NCBI GenBank assembly: GCA_047495785.1
Contig: JBLDXI010000017.1
Location: 2,356,001 to 2,420,000, forward strand
DNA length: 64,000 nucleotides
Direction: 5' to 3'
From: Lepidodermella squamata
Taxonomy: Eukaryota > Animalia > Gastrotricha
The translations under genes and the position numbers were made by a program. The notes beneath the pieces are model-generated. The model was not told the origin of the DNA. It worked only from the letters and a program-made list of their open reading frames with translations, and made no database searches. This document shows positions 13,148 to 27,277 of this stretch, one piece after another (the stretch's first letter is position 1; each line of letters begins with the position of its first letter).

Positions 13148-16100
13148 ATGGATCCTCTTTTGTTGGTCAACGGTTGCTCATGCGACTCGCTGGTGTTGAA
13201 CTCGCCGGAGCACAACAAACGGCGGTTATCTTCGAAATCTTACGCTTGCGCCCTGTCTGAGTTGGAAAACGTCGAGGCGGAACAGCGGTTGATTAGCAGC
13301 AAAACCAGTTTGACAGACGATGATCAAATCAATCAGCAGCTGAACGTTCCCAGTTCTCCGTTGAAACGGCCGAGACTGGCGATGGCGGCTAATGCGAGCC
13401 CGTTGATACCCGGTTCGGAGGCGGCGAGCACAGAAGACGTCTGGCAGGCGTTCAATGGCTTTCTAGATGACGATGCAATCATCACCACTTGTCAGGTTCG
13501 TGACTTGGAGTGTTTACCCACGAATTACATGCTTCGATTAAGTAGCATGTTATTACAAGTAGAGGTCAAGATATACCCCCAGAACCGGCCAACCTAATTA
13601 GCCGGATATACTCTGATATAAATAAATGAATGAACGAGTAAATTGCGGCCTCGTTTCCACTAGACACACCGTGGCATGTGTACGCACCCTCGCTTGCTGC
13701 ATGGTTAATGAGCTAGACAGACCGCAAATTGTTATCTCATCTCATCCTAAATCTAATAATAATAGCTAGCTTTTGTTTATATCGATGAACCTTGTCGGTG
13801 TGGTGGTTGCAGATTGTAGCTGTAGTAGGGCTACCTGTTCAGCAATAAATTTCCCCCTTGTTTTCGAGGGTTTTGGCGGGATAACAAAGAGCGTTGTAGC
13901 GATGAGTAGGCGTCAGTGACAAACCGCCTTAATTGCAGCTATCTATTACTCGACACTTGCTTATTTTCTTAACGTCGTGGAACGAGCGCGCGATTCCATG
14001 TTCGAAAAGAGTAAACACTGGAGCGCCCGCAATTCTTTTATTGTTCGCGCGCGCGCATGAAAGCCAGCTGAGCAGCGATGCTTCTTGTTCGTCTGCTCAA
14101 GAAGCCAGTGATATCTCTCTTTTCGCTCTCTATGTTTTATATCCCATCAACCGTGCCGCCGCTGCTACAAATGAACGCGCTGCCTGCTGCGAGAGATGAT
14201 TCGGCTCTCTTTCGCCTCATTCTGGCAATAAATGCATTTTATGGCCGTAGATTTGCTGCTGTGTAGCTATAAAAAAGCGGAAATTGCATGATAAGTGAGG
14301 TAGTGGCCTTTCCGGGCATGGCTAAGGAGCCGGCTTAACTTCGCGATGCCGCCTATCAGTTCTTGACGTAAGGCTCTACGGGCAGGCGTTGCCACCTTGG
14401 CGGCTCCGCGCGTATTTTGCTCTTGATTCCACCACAACTCAGTCTGTAAACAATTATTTTCTTCGCGGCTGCCGAGCAAAGTGCGCCAATAAAATATGTT
14501 TCAGATATATATTTTTGCAAATGCCCACTTGTAATAGCCGTTTAATCGTCGTTGGAAAATCGGCGCGTCGACGGCTGCCTGCTTGAATCTTTGCCAGCCG
14601 TTAACTTTCGCACGCGCCTTTGCAATCAAAAGTTGGCGTGCAGTCGGTTAAATTTTAATTCACAGTAATTGCACCTCCTATTTATGTTACTGTCATTTGT
14701 TAAACAGACGCCGCGTGCCATATTGATGCGTTGAATGCGATTTTAGCAGCGCCTATTATCGTTTGTTGCTATTATTTAGAGACAAAAATTTATTCGCTTT
14801 CGTCCGTTTTGTCACTTCAAAAATTTGAATGATTTGACTATGTTCAAACGAAGACAGATTATCAGATCAGCTTCCTCAGAGGTACGATCATTTACTTCGA
14901 TTTTGAGTGATTAAGGTGGTGTTTCATGTCAATTTTAATTTCCAATCGATTTTCAATTGTCCATGCTATAAAATTAATCTAAATTGGTGGTTTTTGTTGA
15001 ATTTGAACCCTTGACTTTGGTTGATCGATTGGCGTTTCCGATTACCTTTCTCAATAGCTAATAAAAACTCACCATCTCGATTAAATCCATGGGATGTTGA
15101 TTAGAGCGGAACTTGAATTTTCTCGTTCATTCAGAGTATAGCAGCTGTATTGAGATTATATCAGCCATTTCCTAACCTTTTTTTCTATTTTAAGGAGGAA
15201 TCTGGTATGCAGCAGGCTACATCGAGCAGCAATTTATCGTTCAGCGAATTCGTGAGGCGATACAACGAGCTCAGCGAATGGCTCGGCCGCATTCAACAGA
15301 GCGTAACGACTACTGTTGGTGTGTCACGGGCCGAGATCTACCTGCACCAGACAGTACATGCCGACCTGTCTACTCGCCAGGCCGATAGACGCGCCCTCAA
15401 CGAATACGGACGCGCGTTGCTGGCTCAACGCTGCGGGCCATTGAGTGACCCGGCTATGCAACGGGAGATTGCCGGGTATCTTCAATCACTGGCTCATCGT
15501 TGGCAAGTGGTCGAACGGGCAGTGACTTCAGCGTCAAATGGGGGTAGTCAAAGTAACGATGGCACCCCATCGATCGACCAAGTTTTCATCGACCTCGAGT
15601 CTGATCTTGAACGCCTTCGATTGTGGCTCGACGATACTGAAGAAAAGCTGGCCTCGTGTCGTCTCCCGCCATCGCTATTAAGCCGAAATGGTGCTATTAG
15701 GACGGAGAGTGAGGAGAAGCACATTCAAGAATGCGCGTCGCTTCTCTTCGAGCGTTGTAAGGTAAGTAGCAGGGCTATAAACACCGTAATAACTATGCAT
15801 TAGCGACGCCACTTTGCCGCGGTTTTTCAAGAGCTGTTATCCGCGTTTGAGATTTTGCGAAATTTATCGCACCGACAGTTATTGTTTTATGTTCTCACCT
15901 GAAAACAACATTAGCGCGTTGTTTTTGCAAAGACTGTCGCGCGCTCGCGTGCTCAGTATCAGAAGCCACTTGAAACAACGACTTGCGGTCTTTGTTTCAG
16001 GTGACATTTTTCACTGTGTTGATTTGCTGTTTTCCCACCCTGTGTTGAGACCACAGCGCGTTAGATAGTACCTACTACGATTTGTCTCTATGTGTTTTGA

Positions 16101-19100
16101 CGTAACCTGGCGGTGGCCTCGAAACGTATAGCGACTTCCTGGCCTCTATCTCCGCTTAGGGTGTTTCCATTAACACACGCCAGGTTCTATTACAAAGGTG
16201 GCCACACGTCAGTTTCATGTGACCTCGATAAAGTTCACCAAGTGGTCACACAGCCGCGTGCGTCCAATAATATTATAATTCGCCTATTATTCTGTTATTG
16301 TATCATGCATGTAAGCCGGAGTTGAGAAACTCATCAATCTTATATGCATGTTATCATTTGATGCTTTTCCTCATCTGCATTTGCGCCTCTTGGTATATTT
16401 GAAACCTCACGCTATTTTTTCATACCCACAATTTATTATTTAGCCGGATTATCCCGTTAGGCGAACTTGTCAGAAAAAACGCGCGCCAAGGATTTGCATA
16501 ATCATAATGTTTATTTAAAACTGTTAGACGTGCCTAACGCGCGTTTTTTCCCGCGCCCTCGATGAAAAATTGCTGGTTTACTGTAATATAATCGTGCTTT
16601 TTTTCTGCATAGGCTATTCAAGTTCAAATCCAATCGCAACAGCGACTCGTCTCAGCTGTCCGTCGTTTGTCCGACCGGTTAGCCAACGGATCGCAAGAGT
16701 TCTTGCCGTCGGACGCTGATAACCTCAACGGTGCTAGCTCCGCCACTGCGGCTGCCCTGGTCCAGGAAAAAGCGGACGCGTATCGCCAAGTCGCGGAACA
16801 ATTGGAAAATCGCTGGCAGCAGCTCTGGCTTGTCAGTCTCGAAGTGCACTGTCGATTGGAGAACGTATTGTCCGGGCAGTCTGCGCCGCGAACTGAAGTA
16901 AGTGTAATCAATGACACGTTAATCGGCTCGTTGTTTATTCGATAGCCAAGCCTCAAGACGAGTCTTTAATCAAGTTTTCTTCCTGCCTGACTTATTACAC
17001 CACAACTGCGCGCATTTTGTTGTTGTTATTAGCTTGTTTTGATGTTTTCTTGTGTTTGCTTTCAATCGCCTCGCCTCGTTCGCGTTTTCTACCGCTATAA
17101 ACATAGTGTAAACATTGTATTGATCTAACTATACGCGGCCCTTGTTCACCTGGACGCGATTTGTAGTAGTAATAAACCCAACTAATATTGCAGTCTTATC
17201 ATCACCCGGCTGAAAAAGGCTAGGTGGGCGCGCCGCCGCCTATAAATTTCACCGACCTGCCTTGCTTTTGGCGTCGCCAGGTAAACAAATTCTCATCATC
17301 GTCGTCGCCTACGTAGGTTATTAGCTAGATTTTTGCTAAACAACAGAAGTTGGCCGAAAAACGGCTCGATTACTATGCGTGTTTACGATATCTCTTGTGA
17401 TAAAATGCTCGTTTTACGTTTCTTTTGTAGTATCAAAAACGGCACCTTTATTTTTCTCAGCAACCGGCTTTGTTATTTTAATCTGTTTATTTTTGAAAAA
17501 TTCACCTCAATTTTTTTTTAGTGTTCTCGCTTTCAAAAAGCCGCTCGCGCGCGCGTTGATATACTCTCAATAATTGACTGTTGGCTTGTTTTTGTAAACA
17601 AGAGTGGCGAAAAGGATAGTCGTGGTTTGGAACCTCGCGCGACACGTGTAGTCTATGTGTGTACGCTCCCTCGACACTTGACATTTCGCAGTCGATGTTT
17701 TTTATTCATTATCATCATCACGGTAATAAATATTACTTACAGTTTTATTTATCCGGCGCACGCTCATTAACCGCTCAGGTAGCCAAGTGTATGGTGAAAA
17801 GGGGCACCTCTCCAAAAATAATGACTCGTGAAGCACAACCAGACAGACAGGAGCGCGATTTCACAGATAGGCGCCTTTTATAGCCGCGTGTCCGCAGCTG
17901 CGCTTTCTGAGCGCGCACGCTCATAAATTCGGTTGTAATTGCATTGGTAATTTGCCTGGTCTGCGCTTTTTTCGACACGTTCGTGTGTTTGCATTTATAA
18001 ATAGGCAGTTCGGCATCTTCTTTCCCGACTCGTCGTCACCTTACATCTCACATTTTCGTGCCGCTTTTTCGTTGCCGCTCTTCTTTCATTTATACAAAAC
18101 GATTTTTAATAATTACATTACCGCAGAGCACCTTCAGGTGTTTACTTCGCGCTAGGTACAACGAGATCGGCTACATACATGCCATGTAAAAATCTTTTTT
18201 GATTGCACCTTTTGACGCGCACATGCATCGTATAGCAGATAGTTGCCAACTTTGCCGCTGTGTTTTGTGTCATCGTAATGCAGGTAGTTGTTTTAAGGCA
18301 TAAAACTTCTTCGGCGCACGGAATATTGCGTGTCTTATATTATAAGCCTATATTAAAACTCTCGTGCCGCGCTTCATCTCATTAAACGAGTTCTTTATCA
18401 TCTGCGTCGCCTCTCGCGACCCATTAGGTGTCTTTTTTCTGCTTTCTGTTTCCGTGCGCTGATTTTGACGTGCCGCGTGTGCGCTATTTGTCGCAATTTT
18501 GGCATGTCTAATTACCAGTTTCTTTGCTACTTTGCGTTCGGCCAGGTAATAAAACTCTGGCCGGGCCATTTTCTGGCCTCTTCTAAAAACGGAAGCTTCT
18601 TCTGGTCCATTGTCATGCGCGCATCTTATTTTTGCCCTCACGCGCGCTGTCAATAAGAGGCGCCTTGGCACGTACTATTGTGATGATATCTTTGTTATAG
18701 TAAAACAACATAATTCGCTTGTGCTGCCGTTGCTGCTCAACTGTTTCTCGGCGAAATAGATCTGTGTTGCTTTCACGCAGTAATTATCATTCCACCTGGG
18801 TACCAAGTACTCTGCTGTTTGCGTTGATCGTGACCAAGTTATTCGGCTATCTTTTTATGCGCCTTCGTTGTTTACGAACCGTACCACCCTCGTTTTCGCA
18901 TTTGCGATTTCATAGGCAGTGTAGCGTACCTTACTGGCCTAATGACAAGGACTACCCGCGTTTCGGCTCGTTTTGTGGTTGGCTGGTGGTGAAGGTGGTG
19001 GTGGTGGGAGAGGACAATCTCTATTTATTACACTAAACCAGGCCTAGAATCCCCTCCTACACGCTAATTAAGTCGAGCAACAGCCGCATGTAAAATTGAT

Positions 19101-22100
19101 GAATGGTCGGTCTCAGGCCGGTTTTCCCATCTTTCACTCACTAAGCGACCAACCACCTTAACTTAGCGCGCTGATTTATTCATGCTGTTTTGGCATCGGT
19201 ACGTTGTACCTACGCAGCAATTTAGTTGCTCATTTTTATGGCGCTGGTCCATCCAACTTTATATAGTTGGGCGCGAAATCGGACACCAGTCTAATTGCTT
19301 GTAGTTTGCCAAACACCTCGTAAAACTACAGCTCTAGCAATGAGGTGCTGACCTCTTAAACATATCACCGTCTCGACAGTAAATAATAATATTTGCTGCT
19401 AAACGCTAATAAAGGCGGGGTGGCCTTTTACTTTAATAGCCATCGCCGCCGCCGCCTTTGCCGTTGCTGCTGCTGATGATGATGATGTACGCGTGCAAAC
19501 GGCGACAGCTGTTTGTTCAAGCGCATCGTTTATTCAGCTTGTCAATCGGCGGCCTTACCTAGATATATCACAATTTTGATTATAATTTACACCCACCCTA
19601 TACGCCTCAATTTTACAACATAAACAGTGCAGTTCATGAAGAAGCCACCAAACGACTGCGCCTTATCAGCGGCAGCAGCAGCCTCCTTAATACTGTTTTT
19701 GGGCTATCCGGTGCGTCGGTCGCGTGTCTTCTTGTAAAATCGCCTGTGTCACGTTCGATCGGCGGCGGCGCCACCACTCGAGAAGCGCGCGCATCTTTTG
19801 TCTCTATTTATCTGTGCGTCTGTGTCCGCATCTTCTTACTCTTCATCGGTATACTACCTAATTGAGCTCATAAAACGATGTCATCGTCTGTCACTACGAC
19901 AATTCACTCGCAACAATACTTACCTAGTTCATTTGCGTTAGGAAGCGAAAAGAACGCGCACCCCCGCCGCATAACGACAGTAGTATTGCAACTTGTTCAG
20001 AGTGAAGAGCGGCTCAGACGCGGTAATCTTACCAGTTTCTACATTACCTCAATCCCGGTCACGTCCAGGTGCGCGGTGCGGATTTTCGGATTCAGCTAAT
20101 TGCAGTTTACATAGAATACCAACCTACCAGCGATGAACGCTCCATTTTCGTCATCCCAAGAACAATGCATAGTTTAAAACAATGCTCTGCGGCTTTTACC
20201 TGGCTACGAAGGTGTCGCATTATAATATTTTGCAAATTTTCCAAGGTTCTCTTTACTCAACCGCGAGCGCTTTTTGTTTGCGGAATGCTGTTTGCTCTTG
20301 TTGGCAAAACATCGTCTTGTGCAGTCTTACACCTTTTTGCAATGCGCTCACGTTTTTGCTGCAATATCGAGGTTATACTAGTAGCCTGTTTGCTTTAGGC
20401 CATTTTTCCAGTCGTATTTTATTCGGGAGATACTACTTGTTACTAATATAGTCGCCGCTGTTTTTGAAAAGCGTGCAAAGATAGAAAGTTCTCGCTCGCG
20501 CGCACCGTTTTTGAAGCGCGACGGCAATCTTACTTACTTCCATGCTTGTTTACCGTCCGTATTTCCCTACCTTTGTTGTGCGTTTCCGCTCGTTTTTGTC
20601 AAGCTAAATAGCGCCACTGCACTTGCGGTGCTAGATTTTATTGCAGCTATCGCTGACGACATCGACCCATCCTTCCTTCCGCTTTCACGCGCGCGTGATA
20701 TTGCCGATTGTTTTTGGCCGCGGCCGCGCTTATTTATTGACTGACTCGCGTTTGAGTTGTCGTAGCATTTCTGCACAATAAAAATCGCCACAGCCACAAC
20801 ACGTCGTCGTCGTGCATTATTCAGTGCGATTGTGCGCGCTCATGGTTTTTGGCTCACAGTCATCCAACTCCCAATTTACCGCGTGTTTGTTTCTATGTAT
20901 AATATATCGGTCTTTTAGCCTTTAATTTAGTGGAATTTGCGAAAACAGCGGGCGCACTCGACATTATCGCAATAAAAGAGTGGCGAAATCCTCTCCACAT
21001 CTCTCGCTCCCACCTGGCCATAAATTTTTTCATTGACGATTTAATCTAGCAAACATGTTTTTAATGCAACTTCCTGTTTTTTCACCTAGGTAATTCGTCC
21101 CTTGTCCGGCAACGATTTATTCGCGGCCGCTTACTCTGAATCGTGTTCTGAATCGCCCGGAAGCCGGTCCCCGTCGTCGACGCGATCGATTGGCTTTACC
21201 TCGGCATTTGCACCAAACGAATCGTCGGCCAGGCACTACAAGTCCGACTCGTCGTTCAGCCACCATTACTACCGCCACTTTCTCAGCCACAAGAATAGCC
21301 ACTTTGCCGCCGATTCGGAAGCCCACACCACAGCCAGCAACAGCCTCGACATTCTGCCTTTCTCGGAAAACGAGTATGAACACATAGGCGGCGGCGGTGG
21401 AGGCATGATGGAAAGCTCTGATCATATACTGTTAACCGACCCGACAACTTGCCAAACTCTGCGAAGAACCCATTCTGAGGCAGACTGCAGCCTCGACCGC
21501 ACGCCGGTGAAGAAGGATCCGAACTCGCATGGCAGCGAATTCGGCGTTAACCGCAACAATTACTCACCGAACGGCCGCAGTCAGCAGAAAGCTCGGCGTG
21601 CTAGAAGCGAGACCTACGGCTCGCAGTACCAGATGTACTTCGCAGTTTCGGACGACTCGGATGGCCATTATCTGGATGAAATGGCTGCCGAGGCGATCCA
21701 CTCGCATTGCAGCCATCAATTGGCGCTAACTCTACCTCGAACCGCATCTTCCGACTCGCCGCTGCCAACTTCGGCGGACTTCATCTCGACGAACGACACG
21801 CCGAGTAGTGGGTCGGGAGGCGGGGCGGACAGCGGGCGTGGGCGGAGGTTACCTAGCCAAACCACCGCCTCGTCGAATGGTGCAGAAAACGGTAGCCAAA
21901 AGCCGCAGAAACGTTACCGACGTTCGGCTAAAGACAACCGGTACCGCCGGCGTCGTTACCAGCAACACGCGGCGACAACGGCCGACGTCTCGGGGCAGCA
22001 CGCGCTCAACTCTCTGATGCAACGTAGTCATACCTATAACGAAAATTTGGTCCGTGAAACTAGTAATCCGACTGATTTCAACGGCCGCGCTTCCTCCCTG

Positions 22101-24571
22101 GACGGAGTCGAAGCCTCGAATTTAGGTGTCGTGGTTCGCCGGTCCAAGTCGCACCGTCGCCACTCTCGAGTCATGGAACACTCATTATCCTCGTCTGTCT
22201 ACTCGTCCGAGGCGAGTGGTACGGAATCAGGGTGTTCGGCGGACGGCGAACCGGGTGAGGATTGCATCGAAGAGTCGGACCGACTTCATTCGACCGATGC
22301 CGTTCGAGCGGCTATGCATCGTTTCCGATGGAAGTACTGTCGACGTGGCGCTGGTCGCAACGCGTCGAACTACCGCTCCTCCTCGTTATCATCTGTCGAT
22401 GCCGCGCATAAGTTTTCGATTTCTGAATCAGCTATTCAAGAGCTGCACGAAATCTACGAAGCTTACTGCGCGAAATACAGCTCGCCTTCGGTTAACAACA
22501 CTGGCAATAACAGTGCTCGATCGAACAAAAACCAGTCTGAAACCTGGGTCAGTGCTACCGCGAGTAGCACCACTACGACCATGCTATCCCCGGAAGATCA
22601 ATTAGCAATCGGACTTGCGAATCAAGGTGCTGCTCCTTCCTTAAAACAGGCTGCTTGCCGGTCTTGGGAGAGTGAAAACTCGACCCTGAATAAGACGTGG
22701 AAACGGCTCATCACCCTGGGCCAAGACGTCGCCGCCCCGGCCAATTTCGAAGCCGCAAACGACGACCAGTCGCCGAAAATTTGCGAAACCACCCTCGTGA
22801 CAGAGAACGAGCAGGGCCTGTTGTGTCTAGCGACGAATCGCCACGCTGAGGAGGCTGAATCATCTTCGGATGGTGGGTTGCTATCGGCAAACGAAGCTCG
22901 AGGTGCGAATGGGGAGGATGTTGACTGGGATGCGTACCAGCCGCCTGTTTACACAGCAAGCTCAGACGAGGATGAAGACCACCGTCGTGCTAGGAATTTA
23001 CTACTATCGGAAGAGGGACTGACTGTTGACGACGAAAACTTCCTGTTCAACGGCAATAACGTTGCAGTCGGTGAGGAGATGCAAGACTTGAATGCTACGC
23101 TGAATGATCACGACGAGTGGTCACCACGCCGTCGCCGAATTCACCAGAGAAGACGCCGGTTTCAGATGCACCAAGCCCCGTCTTTGACCTCAATTCTCGA
23201 ATATTCAGCCGCAAGCCTCGACGAGGTGACCCTCGGTCTCAGCAGCATCCGCCTCGCTGTTCGATCGTCCCCGGCTGTTGAAAATCTCGCAGCTGATTGC
23301 CGGCAGTTACTTGAGATTGCTGACGACAATCTGGCGCAACTTCAGGATGTCTACCGGCGATTGGCGGAGAGCAATCAGGCGCACGATTTGATCGATCGGG
23401 TTGATGCTATCGTCAAAGTTTGGCAGCGTGTCCTCGCCGATTTGTTGGGCGAACAGCGCCGCGCTGATGATTTGATTCGAGCTCTGGATGAGCTTCACGC
23501 GATTAACGATGTTGTTCCAGCTATCGAGCAACGACTGGGCTACCCGAGCAACGGTGCCGCCTCCTCGACCGAAAGCGACTCTAGTATCGGCGCCGGGTCG
23601 ATGAACGGAATTTTCCGTTTCGACTCAGCTGCGTCGATGCTAGAGGCGTCCGAGGAGTCACTGCGGGTGGCTATGTCGATCGCTCAGTTACGGGCTCGCG
23701 CGGCGTCTATTCATGTCGCCATTCAACAGGCCGGAAATGAACCGCTCCTAGAGCAAGTTTCGCTGGTCATCTCCTCGTTGGACAGAGTAGCTGATTGGAA
23801 CGACAACATGCGTGCGAAATGCGGCGAGTTACACGCAGCGATGTTGGACTCGTTATCTGCGATGGAAAACAGCGAATCCCAGCTGTTGAAAATCGAACAA
23901 ATGACGAGCAGCCTTCAAGCTGACCTCTCTCGCTGGGCCTCGTCGTCTTCGCCGGACTCGAATGAAACAGCTAGACTCTCTCGCCTGGTTGAGCAGTGCG
24001 AGAAAGACCTGAACCGCCTCATCGAACCTAGTCTCTCTGATCTCGAATCAAGTTTTATGGAGCATTTATCGCTGGCGGTCACCGACCAGGCGATGGCTGC
24101 GTTCAAAGCACGGCTGGGTGCAGTTCGTGCTCGAATGGCCGGTGAACAGGGTCGCCTCGACACGCTACGGGTCGCTATTTCACTCGCAACATCTCCGCCT
24201 CGAACGCCAAGCAAGGATAGTACGGTGCAGACCTCATCCACCGGTAAGATAACAATCGCTTTCATAATCGCCGTGATTAACCTTATTAACATTTTCTACT
24301 GTTTCTATTACTAGCATCCACGAGTGTTGACGCGCAAACCTTGCCGCTTGAACCGGAGCCAACTCATGAAGAAAAGGAACAGGAAACCGCACCTCAACCC
24401 GCAGTTCAACCTGGCCGTACCTCTTGGACTCGCCGTTTCGCCAAGCTAATATTCCCCGCTCAGTTGGCCATTGTTTCGATTTTTCTTATTTTGCGTTTCT
24501 TCGAACCTTTTGAACTCCCGATCCGAGTTACGCCTCTGCTTAACTTCAATCACGGACCCCCGCCAGTATAA
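13148..24571 (+). CDS. KASH-domain outer-nuclear-membrane protein with spectrin-like repeats (Klarsicht/nesprin-like), ~1536 aa
   Basis: Exons 13148-13495 (ATG in ACCACCATGG), 15195-15761, 16613-16897, 21090-24243 and 24315-24571 are all phase-compatible GT-AG. Spectrin-like helices are present (FVRRYNELSEWL; LERLRLWLDDTEEKL; LENRWQQLWLVSLEVHCRLE). The C-terminus is a TM helix followed by TPLLNFNHGPPPV*, the KASH PPPX end. Linkage of the first exon is the least certain part. Confidence 0.85.
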
Positions 24572-24681
24572 AACTGGCTTCTTCTTGTTTTGACTTTACA
24601 TCGTTGTGTTTTCTCGGTAAAATGCAAACTTCAAAGTTGATTTCGGAGCAGTTTGCTCGCTTTAGGCCTGATAAAAGTATC

Positions 24682-24687
24682 AATAAA
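24682..24687 (+). terminator. Polyadenylation signal of the KASH gene
   Basis: AATAAA 110 nt after the stop, with a GT-rich tract (gtgtgcgtgtgtgtgttg) downstream. Confidence 0.55.
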
Positions 24688-26773
24688 GTTAGAACTTCAT
24701 GAAACATCTGAACTCTGATACTTCTGACAGTGTGCGTGTGTGTGTTGACGGCTAGATAAAAGGAACGATATTTGCCTAATCAAAACAAAAAGATCGGCTG
24801 TATTTTGCACTCTCCTGCAACGCTTCCTTTTTGTGACGGAATTTATTTGTGAATCGATTTGCGTTCATCACGCCTTGGAACAAGCAGCTGAACCTTGCAT
24901 TTGGCAATCTGGCTATTATGCTGTTTCGGATTTGAATGTATCGATCTTCTTATCGTCATTTCATTTCCGAAAACGCTTGCGCCGTCATATGAACACTATC
25001 ATCATCGTTATATAAGAAATAATTATTATTGATGCTTAGAAGGATGAACCTGAAACGATGTACTGGTTCGGCATTAATCGGCCGTTTTCTAATGAATAGC
25101 TCTAATTTTGTTTATAAATCTTGTTGGAAGTTCAGAAATAAAGGAAAGGCGATGTTTCGAAAAAACCGGGTTTTTTTTATGTTAAATGAGTTTGCCTTTA
25201 TTGCTTCGCAGGTGCATTCAGCGAGACCGCGCGCAGTAGATATGACTCCACATTAAAACATTAGCTTTTGAACTACAAAAGCTATTTGACCGATACAAGT
25301 AGTAAAATAGAGCCAGTTACATTTATAGAATGATCTCGTTCTGATTTCCCAATTCGCGAATCCTTTTCAGCACGCTAGTTTCTTTGAGCAGTAAAGTAAT
25401 CGCAGCGCCGAATGAGTTACCAATAGTTGCACATTAAGTACTCATTTAATATTTACTTCATACTTTAGATGAGAAGTGCTAGAAAATGACCGACATATTC
25501 ATGAAAAATTGAAGGCTGGTTTCCCGGTACTAGTAAGCATTATCGCTAAAATCTTGATGGACAATTTAGGCCTCACACTCATATTTTCAGTTGCGTATTT
25601 TTGGAGCGGTCTTTCGCAGGATATTTCCTTGAAATCCCTGATTTAGCGCGTAGTGGAGGCCAAATAAGCGTAGGACATGTGGAAATGGTTGCCTGAAGGT
25701 CGAGGATGCCTATTTAGAGCGCGACTATCTCCAGATATAACTAAACGCCATTAATATTACTTTTAACAGCTGAAGCAATGCAAGCTTTCAATCAGGGTGA
25801 GCACAGCCAATGTTCTGATCACGGCTCAAAGCATCTACAGTTTTCATTTTCGTTTATTTCTCGGCCAGGAGGTGACTTTTTTTAATAGGGAAATCTTTAT
25901 CGTTGAAGAATCGTGAGAAACAACACAAGCGCAATAGCGACTTTGCGACTCGTAGAGGTCGTCACTACTCGTTAGGTTGTAATATCTATAAAATTTTCAA
26001 CGACAGAGATCATACATCCCAGTCTTGCATTCGCTTAATGCCCTTAATGCTTAGGGTAAGTGTCAAGCGCTGGCAAACATTTTACAGCTGACTTGGCTTC
26101 ATAAATTGTCAGACCCACGCAGTCAGACCCGCTTGCTTTAAGACTGCCGGGCGATTTCTTGGGTGGCAATGTGCATATTGTAGTCTATAGTCCATTGCAT
26201 TTTTTGACATTACAAGTGGCGATCGCGCATGGTTGTTTGCACAGAACGCCAGAACCTAACAAATATTTTTTACATTGTCAACAGTTCAATTTAACCCCTT
26301 ATTACAGGCAGCAGCTTCCATGCCGCAGCCGCAGTACAGCAATTCGTGCAGCTGTGGCAGTCATATCACAATTTATTTCCAAAATTTAGTGCCATCTAGT
26401 CATAACGACAAGGTAACTATTCTCCTGATACTTAGTCAAGTCTTTTTACAAACGTTTTGACAACATTCTGATGTAACTTTAGATTGTAATATGCAGTATC
26501 TTGCCGCCTAATATTTCTTCGGCCAAGATTTATGGGATGACTTCGCAATAGAAAAAATGCTTTGGCTATGTAACACTTGAAAGCCTAGCATGAGATATTT
26601 GTAAGCTCAGTTTGCCTATGTGACATCGTTTCAGCTACTAAAGGTAGGATAAATTCCGTGCTCAATATGTGCTTGCTAGCTAGCCAGAGTCCACAGAATT
26701 TCCAAATATTTTGCGCAAGAGCTGAGAACAGAATATCTCTGTTGCTTGATCGGTTGCAGATATGCTTTAGCGT

Positions 26774-26846
26774 GTACTGGCACGTACTGGCACGCTCTGG
26801 GCTCGAGATCTGGGCTCGGCATGGCGCACAGGCTGGTGCTGGGCTC
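26774..26846. repeat. Small GC-rich direct-repeat cluster
   Basis: GTACTGGCAC x2 in tandem (26774-26793) and CTGGGCTC x3 (26797, 26810, 26839) in otherwise AT-rich intergenic DNA. Confidence 0.5.
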
Positions 26847-27277
26847 AGAGTCCTCGAGCCATTTGGATTTACCATATTGCATAGAAGAGAGATCGTTCTC
26901 TAAGCCGTGCAGTGAGTTTTCGCCCTCTCGGCCTTTGGGAAATGAAAGGCTCTGATGCCTTTTTTCTTTCAAAAGCAAAAGTTAGACGCATTTTGTAACA
27001 TAACATCATCGACTTGGAAGTCGGTAAAACGGCAAAATGAAAAAAATAGCAAAACTTCCGAATTTTTCTTTTAAATGCGGCATCATGAGGCCAATCTTGT
27101 TCTCATATATTTTTTATTTTTTTTATTTTAATAATATTATTTATTCCATAATTTTCTTATATGACCTTGAAGTCTAATAGTGCGCTAATTTTTCAAATTT
27201 TTGATGGTTAAACAAGTTCAAAATGCGTTTGTGCAGATTTTTTACTGTTTTACAAAAAATGACTTTAGGCTTATGCT

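Noticed and set aside
14297-14345. TGAGGTAGT let-7-like seed
   Set aside because: Only 9 nt match and the surrounding fold-back is poor.
26920-26966. TCGCCCTCTCGGCCTTTGG resembling the U2 snRNA 5' end, with a small hairpin and T-run
   Set aside because: Similarity ends after ~19 nt; there is no GTAGTA branch-pairing sequence or Sm site.
26585-26978. Overlapping ORFs on both strands around the small repeat cluster; possible MITE
   Set aside because: No recognisable protein, terminal inverted repeats, target-site duplication or second copy in the window.
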